A stretch of 64,000 bases of DNA from Felis catus. Taxonomy: Eukaryota. The notes under the pieces were generated by a model. That model did no database searches and had not been told where the DNA came from. It saw only the letters and a list, made by a program, of their open reading frames with translations. This document shows, one piece after another, positions 13,690 through 26,178 of this stretch (within the stretch, counting starts at the first letter, position 1; each line of letters begins with the position of its first letter). The position numbers and the translations under genes are program-made. Location of the stretch: assembly GCF_018350175.1 (NCBI RefSeq), contig NC_058369.1, positions 10,850,001 to 10,914,000 of the forward strand, in the 5' to 3' direction.

Positions 13690-13980
13690 TTGTGGTTCTC
13701 AGCCAGAAATGAATTTTCCCCTGGGACGTCTGTCAAAGTCTGAAGGGGTGCTGCCCAGCACCTACAGTCTCCAGGAAAGCACCCCCAAAATACTGTTATC
13801 CTGCCACCAATGTCCACCATAAACGGTGAGAACCCAGCTGGACCATCATTTTTCCAACTTCACTGTGCCCGTGAATCCACACGGATCCCAGTACAAATGC
13901 AAATCTTAGAGATTCTGCATTTCTGCAAGCTCCTGGGTGAGGCTGAACTGCAGGTCTGAGTCTGCGAACCACTGTTTGAT
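13690..13980 (+). mobile_element. MER20 plus adjacent MER5A-like DNA transposon relics; paralogs at ~23860-24180, ~41940-42260, ~45435-45745
   Basis: gtggttctca...ttttcccctgggac...aatgtc pattern of MER20; attctgcatttct..aagctcctgggtga pattern of MER5A. Confidence 0.6.
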
Positions 13981-14889
13981 TAGCAAGAAATGATCCTGTG
14001 TTAGAGATAAGTGTAGGTAGCGTGAAGCCTTCTGCACCAAATCCTGTCCTTGCGTGCCTGTAATTGTGAATGGATCGTGTATTCGATCATTCCTCAGGCT
14101 GTGAGAAATCTGTGTTTATTGCTTTTATAAGTGAACAAAATAATACCCTGATGAAAAACCCTTTAGAGTAAGAATAAGGCACTATCAGGTATGCCCACAT
14201 CCTAATCTCCAGTCCCTTTCACATGTTACTTTTTTTTAGAGCAAAGAAGGATTTATGCAGCAGATTGAACAGACTGCTCGTCAGCTTGGGCGACTCTGAA
14301 GGACATGCCCATTTTTGCAGAAGAACTGGGGACCCTGATCCACATGATTGGCAGGACATCCAGATCTTGGGTGAAGCGTCCTCTGGTCAAGCAGGTGGAA
14401 GAGATTTCAGAGTAGAAAGGACGTGTTATATAGATGGTGCTGATACTGTGCATTCCCCATCGCGTGGGATTTGTGACATATATCAGGAAAAGGAAGCTAT
14501 TTCGTGTAACAACAGAAAAATCATATGAGCGGATCGCATTAGAAGTTTTCAAGCAGAAACAGGAAGATAATTCAGGGATAAAACGTAGAAGACACTAAGC
14601 AATCCTGCGCCTCGATGAACAAACTCCCTCTCAGTGGTGACCACCATCTTCCATGCGTTAATAAATAGGTGCATAGCACGAACTGTGATGTTTTTAAAAA
14701 ATGAGAGAAATATTTTGTGTGTCACAACATGAGTGTTTCGAATGTTTGCCTCCTCATATTTATGGTCAGGCCGATACGAAGAACATATCAGGTTGAACTG
14801 TTTATTCAAATTTGCCTTTCTAAGTACACTCCACTGGGAGATCTAGATTAGTTAATCAGGTTTTCCCAGTGACTATGGTAGAATTTCTG

Positions 14890-15430
14890 GACCCTGAGGT
14901 GAATAACAGAATAAAACCAAGAGACCGCTGACAAAGCATAAGGGCATGTTTAGTGCAAGGGACTGAAATGACGTATTTTCCCCGGGTCCGTTTCGAACAC
15001 AACCACGTTGAATAAACATATCGTCAGATGTGTTCCACAGTCACCAGATAAGCCCTCGACTATGACCAGTCACAAAGTACCTCTTCAGAAAGCCCTTTAT
15101 AAACTAGAGACTGACACATGAGTGAATCAGGTTTTCCCCTTCAGCCCACACATTCTACTCAATACAATTCTCCAAGAACGTGTGAGCCCAACACCAGCTA
15201 CCCACCCTGGCCGTGGTCCTTGAGAAAGCCTGATCCCTCAGCGGCTCTCTCTCTCTCTCTGTCTTCCTCTTGACCCTCTCTCCCCTTCTGAGACCTCCCA
15301 GAATGGCTTTTGTGCATCCCGTGTGCCCTCCAGCATACATGAGTAATAAACCTGGGTTATTAGAGTTCTCTGATAGATGTTGCTGACGTGTGTTCTGCAA
15401 TCACCATAAGAACCCAAGGACTGGTGCAGC
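14890..15430 (+). mobile_element. Probable ancient LTR in the OR 3' flank; paralogous copies at ~49745-50320 and 1-155
   Basis: LTR-like composition with AATAAA (~15345). The three copies align by eye. Family and boundaries uncertain. Confidence 0.45.
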
Positions 15431-16095
15431 CAAGGCATAGGCTGTGGTCAGGGAAAGGTCTGTGGGAGTGTGGACAAGCACATGGGAGCGGGTGAGTGCT
15501 TGGGCTTTCCTAGCCTAACGGGGTGTCAATAGCCTGAACTTAAATGGAACAATGTTAGAGTCCACATCATCAGGTGGAGTCCTAAAGGAAGTGAAGGAAA
15601 GACTGAGACTCAGGTGGAAACTGTGCTTTTGTATTCTCCTTGACAGTAAAATGATGGAAATGGCGCACTGGTCAAGTGTAGCTTTATTCCGTACGAAGCG
15701 TATAATTCATGATATCGATCTCAGGAAATCTAGGGGAAATTTACCCTGGATGGTATAAGTCATTTGAGGTGAAATTAATTTTAAGAAATCCAACTAGTCC
15801 CATGTGAGATACAGAAATTTCAGGCATTTGTGACCCAAGGTTGGGGTAAACTTTGGGGACACCTGAAAATAGACAAAGGAGAAACTGTCTGTATTTCAGT
15901 CACAGCAGAAGCTTAATGAAGTGAGTCCTTAAATGTAGAGAGAAGTTGATCAAACAAATGGAAATGCCAAGAAAGAAATGGAAGGAGTAGATTCTACTTC
16001 CACAGTCTGATCAAAGATTGGCAGTTCCTGGCTCTGAGGATTTGAGTCCTTCAATCATGGGCATGTCTTCAGCCTTTGGATGATTGGTTCTTATA

Positions 16096-17023
16096 TCACT
16101 GGATCCCAACGATTCTTTTCAGAGCCCTCTTTATGTCTCTGTTCCTCAGGCTGTAGATGAAGGGGTTCAGCATGGGCGTGACCACCGTGTACATCACCGA
16201 GGCTGTGGCACTTGACCGTGAGCTCTGGGTAGCAGCAGAGCTAAGGTACACACCTAGGCTTGCACAATAAAATAAGGAGACAACCGAGAGGTGAGATGCA
16301 CAGGTAGAAAATGCTTTATACTTGCCTTGAGCTGATGAGATCCCACGTATGGAGGAAACTATCTTGGAGTAAGAGTAAAGGATCCCAACGAGGGGACCTC
16401 CAGCCAGCAGCATAGCTGCAAAATACATCACCAAGTTATCAAGAAAGGTGTCAGAACAGGCAAGTTGGATCATCTGATTGAGTTCACAGAAAAAGTGGGG
16501 GATCTCTACCTCTGTACAGAAGGACAGGTGCCAACACCATTGAAGTTTGTAACAAGGAATGCAGGACACTCGTGATCCAGGACACCAGAACCAGCAGCCC
16601 ACAGAGCCAGGGGCTCATGATGACCATGTAGTGCAGAGGGTGACAGATGGCCACAAACCTGTCATAGGCCATCACAGCCAGGAGAAAGTCGTCCATCCCT
16701 GCAAAGGTTACGAAAAAGTTCATTTGTGTGATACAGTCCTCATAGGTTATGACTTTGGTCTGGGTCTGGATGTTCCAGAGCATCTTCGGGACGGTGGTGG
16801 AGGTGAAGCAGATGTCTACAAAGGACAGGTTGGCCAGGAAGAAGTACATGGGGGTGTGGAGGTGGGAGTCAGAGCTGACGGCCAGGAGGATGAGCAGGTT
16901 CCCAAACACAGTGATCAGGTACATGGAGAGGAAAAGCCCAAATATGAGGGGCTGCAGTTCTGGTCTCTCTGAAAATCCCAGGAGAAGAAATTTCGATATC
17001 CGTGTAATATTTCCTGGTTCCAT
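16096..17023 (-). pseudogene. OR7A-subfamily olfactory receptor pseudogene (OR2), 1-bp insertion frameshift
   Basis: ORFs 16484..17053 and 16096..16602 are the two halves of one OR. An extra C at 16531/16532 (aggtgccaacacc vs aggtgcaacacc in OR1) shifts the frame after TM4. ATG of MEPGNITR is at 17023. Confidence 0.92.
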
Positions 17024-18182
17024 GAGGTTGCACTGACACCCAGAAAGAGGCAAAGGACATCATTAATTTTCATATGAACAGTTTACCCACATAGATGAAG
17101 TGCTACCAGTTATATTGTGCAGTCAAGAAGTTCATATCAGTACCTTATCCTTTTTTGTCCCCAAAGGATTGTCCTTTTGAAGAGATTCCCTCCTGTTTCA
17201 TATCAGATTAGGTGTTTTGGTCTCATTCTCCACACTCCTGAGCAGAGGTCATGCATTTTACTGTTTTACTAAGAATATCTTTCCTGCATTGGAGGAATAG
17301 GTACTGATTGTCAAACATGTCCCAGGCATTGTCTAGGCCATGAGCATGGGATACTGAAAACCAAAAGCCACTATAATCTAGTGATGGAGAATGAATAGAA
17401 TCAAATACAAATATTAATAAGACATCACAGGGTGTCAAGTGCTATGAAGAGACAGAAGCAGATATAAAGGAGAGCGTGGATATGAGTGCTATTTTGCAAT
17501 CAGTGTTTGGTCAAGACCAGTAAACAAGGTGACATTTGATCAGAGACCTGCAGGGAAGGAAGGCAGGAGCCCAGAGCCTGTGTGGGGAAGTGTGTGATGG
17601 TAGAGGGAATGGCCTCAGCTAAGGCCCTGAGGATGATACTACTTTGAGCCTTTTGAGTCCAAAACAGGAAGCATGTATGGGAAGGGGAATGAGCAGGAAA
17701 ATGATCAGAGATCGTGTCAGGCAATTTCAAAGAAATAGGTGGCCTCGTTGCTGGTTCCCCTTCAAGAGAAAGGAGTCACTCACCCACACTATGTACTGCT
17801 TGTATCTTAGAATCCACTTGCAAAGTCTGCTGTAAATTGACATAGAGCCCTCTAGAATACAGTGTGTTGATTGAGTGCTGGCTCCTGTATTATAAGAATC
17901 ACCTTGGAATATATTGGACCATGTCCCCTGCTCTGATGACAGATGTCATTTCACAAGGCACACATACACACACACACACACCCCAAATGAGTGCTCCCTG
18001 GGCTGTGTTTTTACCATGACTTCTCACTCCAACCCCAACAATTAAGTTCGGAGTGGGTATAACTCAAGATGCGCAGATCCATTATCATTCCTGCAAATGA
18101 CGTAAGTTTTCCATGAACAAATAAAATTGACAAGTCAGACTGGCATGCGCATTTTCTTTCCTGTATTTAAAGAAACACAAAC

Positions 18183-18400
18183 GGGGGCGCCTGGGTGGCG
18201 CAGTCGGTTAAGCGTCCAACTTCAGCCAGGTCACGATCTCACGGTCGGTGAGTTCGAGCCCCGCGTCGGGCTCTGGGCTGATGGCTCAGAGCCTGGAGCC
18301 TGTTTCCGATTCTGTGTCTCCCTCTCTCTCTGCCCCTCCCCCGTTCATGCTCTGTCTCTCTCTGTCCCCAAAATAAATAAACGTTGAAAAAAACTTTTTT
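18183..18400 (+). mobile_element. Young felid-type SINE (SINEC_Fc-like)
   Basis: GGGGCGCCTGGGTGGCGCAGTCGGTTAAGCG head; TSD AAAGAAACACAAAC. Confidence 0.95.
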
Positions 18401-19319
18401 AAAGAAACACAAACAATCTGCTCAAAATCAGAGACAGAGAGAGAGAAATAAGAAAGTGCAATAAAATAGAAGTGGCAGAAAAGATCTAATGGCTCAGGTG
18501 GTCGCTGACATCTGAGGGGCCATGAAGAAGAAAGAGCATCTCTGGTTCTGACAACATTCCAACCCTTGTTACCTCCCTGATGCCCAGCAAAAATAATAAG
18601 GAGAAAAATTAAATTCAGTCAGAAGACGACATTAGTGGGAACTTCAGGGTGTGGATCGCCTTACAGAGTGAATGCTCCAAGAGAAAAGTGTGCTAAGGGA
18701 ATAAATCAACCCTTCGGCACAGGAAATATGCAAAGCACAGCAAAAGTTGGGCAGGTTATGATGGAAGGTAAGAGACTCGCTTTTTCTTTGAAAAAGCACC
18801 TTGAGACTGCTATTTCTTTGACCAATTGGATGTCCTGTGATCTTAGAGAAGGTGGGACAAGTCCCTTTCACTCTTTAGATGTGGCATCTTTTCTCTCTTT
18901 TTCCTGGGCTTTGTGTTGTGATCTTTTGGCCGAGTGTGGGGCACACTCTGGTCCTGTTTCTGGTTTGCACAACATGCAAAGTTCTGCTCAGACCTTGTGC
19001 TACAAAATTCTGCACATACCATGACAACCATTCTGGCTCTAAGTCACCATCTCCGTAAGATTTCTGCCTGAGGCTCTTACACCACACAAACTTTTTTCAT
19101 AGTCCTGTGACTCCACCATTATAAGGCAAGTACCAAAGGAACGGGGCCCTCTCTGACCTTGTTCACTGTAGTTTTTCAGAAGGGCATGATCAGACAAGTA
19201 CATGGCCATAGAGATCTCCACGTTCTGGGCTAGGCTGGTGGCTGCCAGGTGACCTCAGGTAGATGCGCCTGGCTTTGATTCTCTCTGACCCTTTCCTCCG
19301 GGTCTTGCCAAGCTCTCAG

Positions 19320-19670
19320 ACTCACCTGGCTGGGAGCTCTGAGGGAGAGGTGTCCATGTGGCCGTCTGGATTCCTCCTGGATGGTTATTGGTGGTGACTA
19401 AACTCTGTCCCCACACAAGACGGCAGAACGGAGGCTAGCATGAGTCTCCCAGTCAAGCTTTCGACTCCACAGCAACAACCTGGTCCCGTCAGCCCACGGT
19501 GGCACAGGCAGTGGGTGTGCACAGGAGGGATTTATAGTTTCCTCTGTCTGTTCATGAGGCACGTTCCCCTCCTCCTCCTCTTTGGAGCAGCACATGATTT
19601 CCCTGGGGGACACTGGTCTGTCTGGACACAAAGGAAATTGTTCTGGAGGTTCTGTGTTCCCAATAGACCA
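19320..19670 (-). promoter_or_regulatory. Putative OR promoter + exon 1 cassette P3 (serving OR2)
   Basis: On the minus strand: TCTATTGGGAA, TCCCCCAGGGAA (~19599-19611), CTATAAAT (~19530-19537), donor CAG|GTGAGT (exon end 19326). Inverted paralog of P5. Confidence 0.62.
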
Positions 19671-20108
19671 GGTTATAACTGCGTGACCCCAGTGTTGAGT
19701 ATTCCTTCCTCATGAACTCCGCTGCTCTCAGAGTTCAGACCTCCCAGCAGCGACTCCCAACGCTTATGTCAATGTTTCGCCCAAGTCTAGGACTGAGCGA
19801 TCTGTGTGGATTAGTTCCCTTGGATCTCCAAGCTGGTGGCTTGTGTTGGAGATGCAGTCCTGCCGTCTACACGACATTCCGGTTTTCCTTTTCAACAAGG
19901 AGGAGAAAACAGCCCCTTGATACAAACCCTGAGCACTATGTACCGCAGCTTCATGACACATTTGCACACTTTTAGGACTTTCATTCCACATCACAATTAA
20001 GAGCTGCTGTTCAGCCCTCTTTGTAAAGAATTTTTTAATTATATGAAATATGGTGAGATTTTTTTTCTTGCAGTATAATATGAGCTTGGAATAGAAAAGT
20101 AAACAGGT

Positions 20109-20315
20109 GGGGCGCCTGCCTGGGTGGCGCAGTCGGTTAAGCATCCGACTTCAGCTAGGTCACGATCTCGCGGTCCGTGAGTTCGAGCCCCGCGTCAGGC
20201 TCTGGGCTGATGGCTCAGGGCCTGGAGCCTGTTTCCGATTCTGTGTCTCCCTTTCTCTCTGCCCCTCCCCCGTTCATGCTCTGTCTCTCTCTGTCCCCAA
20301 AAAAATAAATGAAAT

Positions 20316-20342
<27 letters not shown>
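20109..20342 (+). mobile_element. Young felid-type SINE
   Basis: Canonical body; TSD AGAAAAGTAAACAGGT. Confidence 0.95.
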
Positions 20343-20348
<6 letters not shown>

Positions 20349-20979
20349 GTAAACAGGTTCTTCCCGGTAGCTTTGAGAAGAAATCAGGCCTTGCAATCAT
20401 TTTCATTTTAGACCAAGGTGAACCACTTCTGGGTTCTGATCCATCGAATGTAAGAACATAAATGCGTTTTAAAACACCAATGTAGTTATTTTACATCAGC
20501 GTTAGGACTTAACGACAAATGTTGTTCCAATGAAATTTTGTTAAGAATCTGAGATTAGGGTTCTCCCTTCATTCACGGAGTTTCCCCTGGGTAAAGGCAT
20601 TTTGCATCGTAATCTCATCTCTAAGTAGAAAAGGAGATTTAAAACCAATTTACAGATATTCATCCTCTTTAGCTGGTAGAGAATTTCTCAGTACGTACCT
20701 GCAAGCATGCTTCAGATTTTGACGTCTTGGAGGCATTATGACAGCAAAAGTAATTCATCCTTTAAATGTGTGTCTATCATTTATGTCTGTCTCGAAACCT
20801 TTGTGTCTATCATTTATGTCTACCTTGAAATCTTTGTGTCTACACATCTTCATTCTTTAAATGCATATTAATTCAAACATTTACTCTTTTAATACCTACA
20901 CCTTCAACTTTCTCTTAAGTTTCCTTTCAACATAAAATAAGAGATTATGTATGAGTTTGCATTTAAAATGAATAAAGAT

Positions 20980-21180
20980 GGGGCTCTTGGATGGCTCAGT
21001 TGGTTAAGCACCTGCCTCTTGATTTTGGCTCGGGTCACAATCTCACATTTTGTGAGTTCAACCCCCATGTCAGGGTCTGTGTTGACATGAGGCTGCTTGG
21101 TATTCTCTGTCTTTCCCTCTCTCAGCCTCTCCGCACACCTCTCTCTCAAAATTAAATGCATAAACATTAAAAAAATTTTA
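20980..21180 (+). mobile_element. Older carnivore SINE
   Basis: ggggctcttggatggctcagttggttaagc head, CT tract, A tail. Confidence 0.8.
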
Positions 21181-21204
21181 AGTGAATAAACAAACACACA
21201 AAAA

Positions 21205-21505
21205 AACAGAATGAGACCTACAAATACAGAGAAAAAAACCTCATGGTTTGCCTGAGGGGACGTGGGGGGATGGGCAGAATGGGTGAAGGATAGTGGGAGA
21301 TACAGGCTTCCAGTTATGGAATTAATGAGTCTTGGGGTAAAAAAGGCACGGGGTATGGAATACAGTCAATGATACTGGATGGGTTTGTATGATAACAGAC
21401 AGCAGCTACCTCTGTGGCGAGCACCGCGTAATGGACAGAGAAGTTGAATCACTACGTTGTGCACCTGAAACTAATGCAACATTCTTGCCAACTGTACTCA
21501 GATAA
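21205..21505 (+). mobile_element. Older carnivore L1 3' UTR fragment
   Basis: gatacaggcttccagttatggaattaatgagtc...gttgtgcacctgaaactaatgcaac is a typical carnivore L1 3' end. Confidence 0.7.
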
Positions 21506-21974
21506 GATTTCTTTTAAGTGAGTTTGTGTTTATGTACATATGCGTATATGTATTTATTTGAAAAAACACATGTAATATATACGTACAACTTTGCCTCTGA
21601 ACATTTTCTTTGGACTCAACAAAGCTAACTATAATTTAAATTAAGAAAATAATAAAATAAAATACAATTTTGCTTCATCATATTAAAGGGCATCTGGAGT
21701 CTAAGATCATATTCTAAAGTCAATCTACTTATTAAAATTTGTTGTTCCATGAAAACTTTCCTTGGAGATGCATATTTGGTGAACACTTGAGTAAGGAAGT
21801 GACTGTTGTACACATTGTGGACAACAAGGTACTAAGAGACCAGGATCCTAATGAGGAGAATAAAACCCATCTATACGACACATTAATATATTAAGTGTCC
21901 ACTATTAAGAAGAGCAGTGAAGATACTGATATACAAAGGAACTTGGACATATAAGTGAAAAAAACATAATCTCA

Positions 21975-22330
21975 CAGAGCCTGATGCGGTGCTTGAAATT
22001 GTCAACCACAAGATCATGACCTGAGCCAAAGTTGGACCCTCAACCCACTGAGCCACCCAGGCATGCCAAAAATAGAGTTCTTTTAGAAGCACATAATAAA
22101 ATATTACAGATAAGAAACCAAATAATTTGTATTTTTAAATATTTTTATTTATTTTTAAGAGAGGGAGAGAGAGAGAGAGAGATGACCTGAGCTGGGGAGG
22201 GGCAGAGAGGGGCAGAGACATAGAATTTAAGCTGTCAGCACAGAGCCCGACATGGGGCTTGAACTCAAGAGCTGTGAGATCATGACCTGAGCCGAAGTTG
22301 GATGCTTAACTGACTGAGCCACCCAAGCAC
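21975..22330 (-). mobile_element. SINE fragment (21975-22065) and SINE (22135-22330)
   Basis: Reverse-complement SINE heads (ctgagccaccca) and (GA)n tract. Confidence 0.8.
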
Positions 22331-22334
22331 ACCT

Positions 22335-22753
22335 TACATTTATTTATTTCAATTCAAGTTAGTTACCATACAGTGGAGTGTTGGTTTCACGAGTAGAACC
22401 CAGTGATACATCACTCACATATAACTCCCAATGCTTGTCTTAACAAGTGCCCTCCTTAATGCCCATCACCCATTTAGCCCCTCCCCCCACCCACTTCCTC
22501 TCCAGCAACCCTGAATTTCTTCTCCGTATTTTTGAGTCTTTTATAAATTGCCTCCCTCTCTTTTTTCATCTTAGTTTTCCTTCCCTTCCCCTATGTTCAT
22601 CGGTTTTGTCTCTTAAGTTTCCCATATGAGTGAAATCATATTATATTGATCTTTCTCTGATGGACATATTTTGCTTAGCATAATACACTCTAGTTCCAAC
22701 CACGTTGTTGCAAATGGAAGATTTCATTCGTTTTGATCACTGAGTAATATTCG

Positions 22754-22815
<62 letters not shown>

Positions 22816-22936
22816 ACATTCTCTTGATCCCTTAAAGGGGCATATGTACCCCAATGTTTATAGCAGCGTTATTAACAATAGCCAGTTATGCAAAGAGCCC
22901 AAATGTCCATGGATTGATGAAAGGATAAAGAAGATA
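22335..22936 (-). mobile_element. LINE-1 3' end with 5' inversion; contains (TA)n at 22756-22812
   Basis: Minus-strand 3' UTR to ~22830, then plus-strand ORF2 end. Inverted paralog of 46771-47330. Confidence 0.8.
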
Positions 22937-23179
22937 CGAGTGACCTAAATTTTGATCATGAGTTGATTGCCTATCTCGCTACCTCAAAAGCATCATAGAC
23001 CACACTCACATTTATGCTCCAGGAATTCACTCTACCAGGTGCTAGGCAGAATATCTCCAAATTGATTTAATTTCTTCTCCATAATGTGGGTTCTTTAAAT
23101 GTCAATTGACCTTAACCAAGGGAAGCTGATGAATGGAGGAGCTTAAACTCGGTTCCCTCAAATAATTTTATTGACTGTG

Positions 23180-23677
23180 TCCCTGTGAGATTCCTACTGC
23201 TGTTATAAAACATTCCCACACTAGCTGCTGAAGACAAACACATACAGGTTCTTACAGTTCTGGAGTCAGAAGCTTCGAAGGAGTCTCGTCGGGCTAATAG
23301 CAAGGTGTCTGCATGGTTGTGGTCCTTCTGGAGGCTCAGGGGAGAATGTGTTTCCTTTCCAATTACAGTCTCTGTTGCTGGCGACCTGCATTTCTTGGCT
23401 CATGGCTCTTCTGCCACCTTCATAGCCAGCAGGAGAGCATTCTCAAAATCTCTGACATCAACTCTTTTGTCTCCATCCTCAACATTTGGAGGACCATCCT
23501 GACTACCCTAGTCCCACCTAGAGAATCCCAGCTGATCCTTTTGTCTCCATGGCAGCTAACTTACAGCCCTGTTTAGTCTGCTACCTTAATCCTGCGTTGC
23601 TATCAAAAATAACATGTGAAAGGTCCTGGGAATTAGGATGTGGACATATTTGGAAGGGCCTTATTCTGCCCACTACA
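23180..23677. mobile_element. MLT1-type (ERVL-MaLR) LTR relic; inverted paralog at ~45930-46400
   Basis: cttacagttctggagtcagaag...ccttctggaggctcaggggagaat...attctgcccactaca is characteristic of MLT1. Confidence 0.7.
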
Positions 23678-24564
23678 AAGTCTTTTTCATAAATGTATTA
23701 TTTTTGTCACTTAGAAAAGCAATAAACACAGAATTGACACAGACTGAAGAAAGAGTGAATACATTATTCCTTCAAAATTACATGCATGCAAGGACACCAT
23801 TTGGTGCAGAAGACTTAAAAATACCTACACCTGTCTTTAACACAAGATCCCAGCCTTGCTAATCAAAGAGTGGCCCACAGACCCAGACCCACAGTTTAGC
23901 ATCACCCAGGAGCTGGTAGAAATGCAGAATCTCTGGGCCACCCAGGATGGGAGATCAGATTCTGCGTTTGCAGTGGGATCTGTGTGAATGCACACGTGCA
24001 TTGAAGTTGGAGAACTGCTGGTGTAGCTGGGTTTCTCACCTTTTATGATCGACATTTGTGGCAGGATAATATTTTAGGGGGTGCTTCCCTTTGAATTGTA
24101 GGTGTTTGGCAGCTTCCCTTCAGACTTTGACAGACATCCTCAGGGGAAAATTCATTTCTGGCTGCAAACCACTGCCCAGAGTTTGAGAACTGGAAGCATC
24201 CTGACAGAATCAAACTCAAGGGTCACCACATACTCAGGTATTAAATTTAGACGACTAGACATGACCAAGCACCATTTCTACAATGTAGAATGGAGCTCAT
24301 AAATGTACTTCCTCAGGGATAAGATGTTTATAAACATTGAATCCAACTATCCCTATGAGATGTCAAGCTCACATTGTAGTACGTAAAATATTTAAATACA
24401 TCTGTTATAATTAAACATTTAGTAACAAAGGACCAACTGACAGCTTTTATCTTGTGATAATGTAAGAAATTCCTAATTGTGATGGCAAAAGTGTCTTGAA
24501 GCCAGTGTGTAGAACCCAAGGTTTATTATCAGAAGAAGCCAGTTCTCTGTGCTTCTCTGTGCTC

Positions 24565-24870
24565 ATAGCTCAGAGCCCGGAGCCTGCTTCAGATTCTGTG
24601 TCTCCCTCTCTCTCTGCCCCTCCCTTGATCATGCTCTGTCTCTCTGTCTCTCCAAAATAAATTAACATTGAAAAATATTTTTTTAAAAATAGACACTAGG
24701 GTTGTTGGGTGACTCAGTTGGCTGAGCATCTGGCTCTTGCTTTTGGCTCAGGTCCCAATCTCAGGAACCTGGAGATTGAGCCCCCATCAGGTTCTGCATT
24801 GAGAGTGAGGAGTCTCCTTATGATTATCTCTCTCCCTGTCTCTCTCTGCCTCTCCTTGGTACTTTTTCTC
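24565..24870 (+). mobile_element. SINE 3' half followed by an older SINE
   Basis: agctcagagcccggagcctgcttcagattctgtgtctccc, then gggtgactcagttggctgagcatc. Confidence 0.8.
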
Positions 24871-24874
24871 CTAT

Positions 24875-24980
24875 AGAAGAAGACAAGAAGAAGAAGAAGA
24901 AGAAGAAGAAGAAGAAGAAGAAGGAGAAGGAGGAGGAGAAGAAGGAAGAGGAAGACGAAGAGGGGGAGGGGAAGGAGAAG
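24875..24980. repeat. (GAA)n/(GGA)n purine microsatellite
   Basis: Directly visible; forms the tail of the upstream SINE. Confidence 0.92.
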
Positions 24981-25194
24981 AGGAGACACTGGAGATGGCG
25001 GGGCTGGGTCCCCGAGACCAGTCAAGGTTTTGAAGTTAGAGAGACCTAATCCCGGTGTGTCCTTCCGTCTTAGAGCTGGAGAAAAGTGTAACTGTGAGCT
25101 GAGATAACGTGCTAGGAGATTTACATAACAGGAAGAGGGCAAGTTCAGGGAAAAGGAGAAAGAAGAAAAGAACTGGATTCCCTTGATCTCTAAC

Positions 25195-25545
25195 CGAGTC
25201 TTTTGGGAACTGAGATTCATCAGGAAGAAATCCTTTATGTCCAGAGCAGCTTTCCATTGGGAATCATACGCTTAGAGGTTGGAGTAACAAGAGGGAAATG
25301 CGCCTAATGAGCAGATACAGGGAGGTGTAAATACCTCTGGTCTCCTGTCAGCCTGTGCGACCTTGGGCAGGAAGGCGAGTGGTTTTGGTCTGTTTGTTCT
25401 GAGTCCTAATTCTGGCTGGGAATGATGCTTCACTCCCCCCTGCTGTCTCCGCTGAGGACAGAGCCTTAGTCCCTGTTACCTGCTGTCCTGGGAGGAATTC
25501 AGTTTCACACGGAGACTTTCCTGTCAGACACCCAGCCAGGTGAGT
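25195..25545 (+). promoter_or_regulatory. Putative OR promoter + exon 1 cassette P4 (serving OR3)
   Basis: TCTTTTGGGAA, TTCCATTGGGAA, TAATGA at 25305-25310, TGTAAATA at 25326-25333, donor CAG|GTGAGT with GT at 25540-25541. Confidence 0.65.
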
Positions 25546-25969
25546 CCAACAGCCCCGGGCACCGTGGATGACAGGGTTGTCCGAGAACATTAATCCATCA
25601 TCACCCGGGGGCCAATTCAACTTAGTCCATAGCAAGTGATCACTGTGTTTATTTGCTTGCGTAAGTAATGAATGTATTTATTCAGTGACTGTGCCAGTTT
25701 CGCAGAATGGCTGCTACGAACACTTTTGAGAGTCCTTCATATTCTTTACCATGAAAGGGATGCTCTAAACATCCTAAGATACACAGACCTCAGCACTGGG
25801 CAGGCTCTGGTCAGGATGTCCATAGGCAGAGACGTAGAAACCCTGCATTAAAAATATGAATATTTGTAATATAGCTGCTTTCAGGTCCTGCCTTCAACCT
25901 GTAACACCCACCTTTCCACCAGCAAATTCAGTGTAACCCCAAGACTACCTGCTTAAGAGTCCAACCACA

Positions 25970-26178
25970 GGGGCGCCTGGGAGGCTCAGTCGGTTAAGCG
26001 TCCGACTTTGGCTCAGGTCATGATTTCACAGTCCATGAGTTCGAGCCCCGCACCAGGCTCTATGCTGACAGCTCAGAGCCTGGAACCTGCTTCGGATTCT
26101 GTCTCCCTCTCTCTCTGCCCCTCCCCAATTGCACTCTGTCTCTCTCTCTCTCTCAAAAATAAATAAACATTAAAAAAA
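25970..26178 (+). mobile_element. Carnivore SINE
   Basis: Canonical body; approximate TSD tccaaccaca. Confidence 0.92.

Noticed and set aside
18183-18260. tRNA-like A/B box sequences
   Set aside because: Heads of tRNA-derived SINEs, not tRNA genes.
20765-20845. Short ~34-bp tandem repeat (also ~31-bp duplication at 60993-61054)
   Set aside because: Two to three copies without spacers; ordinary slippage duplications, not an array system.
24714-25220. 168-aa poly-Leu ORF resembling a membrane protein
   Set aside because: Translation of a (GAA)n microsatellite plus SINE.
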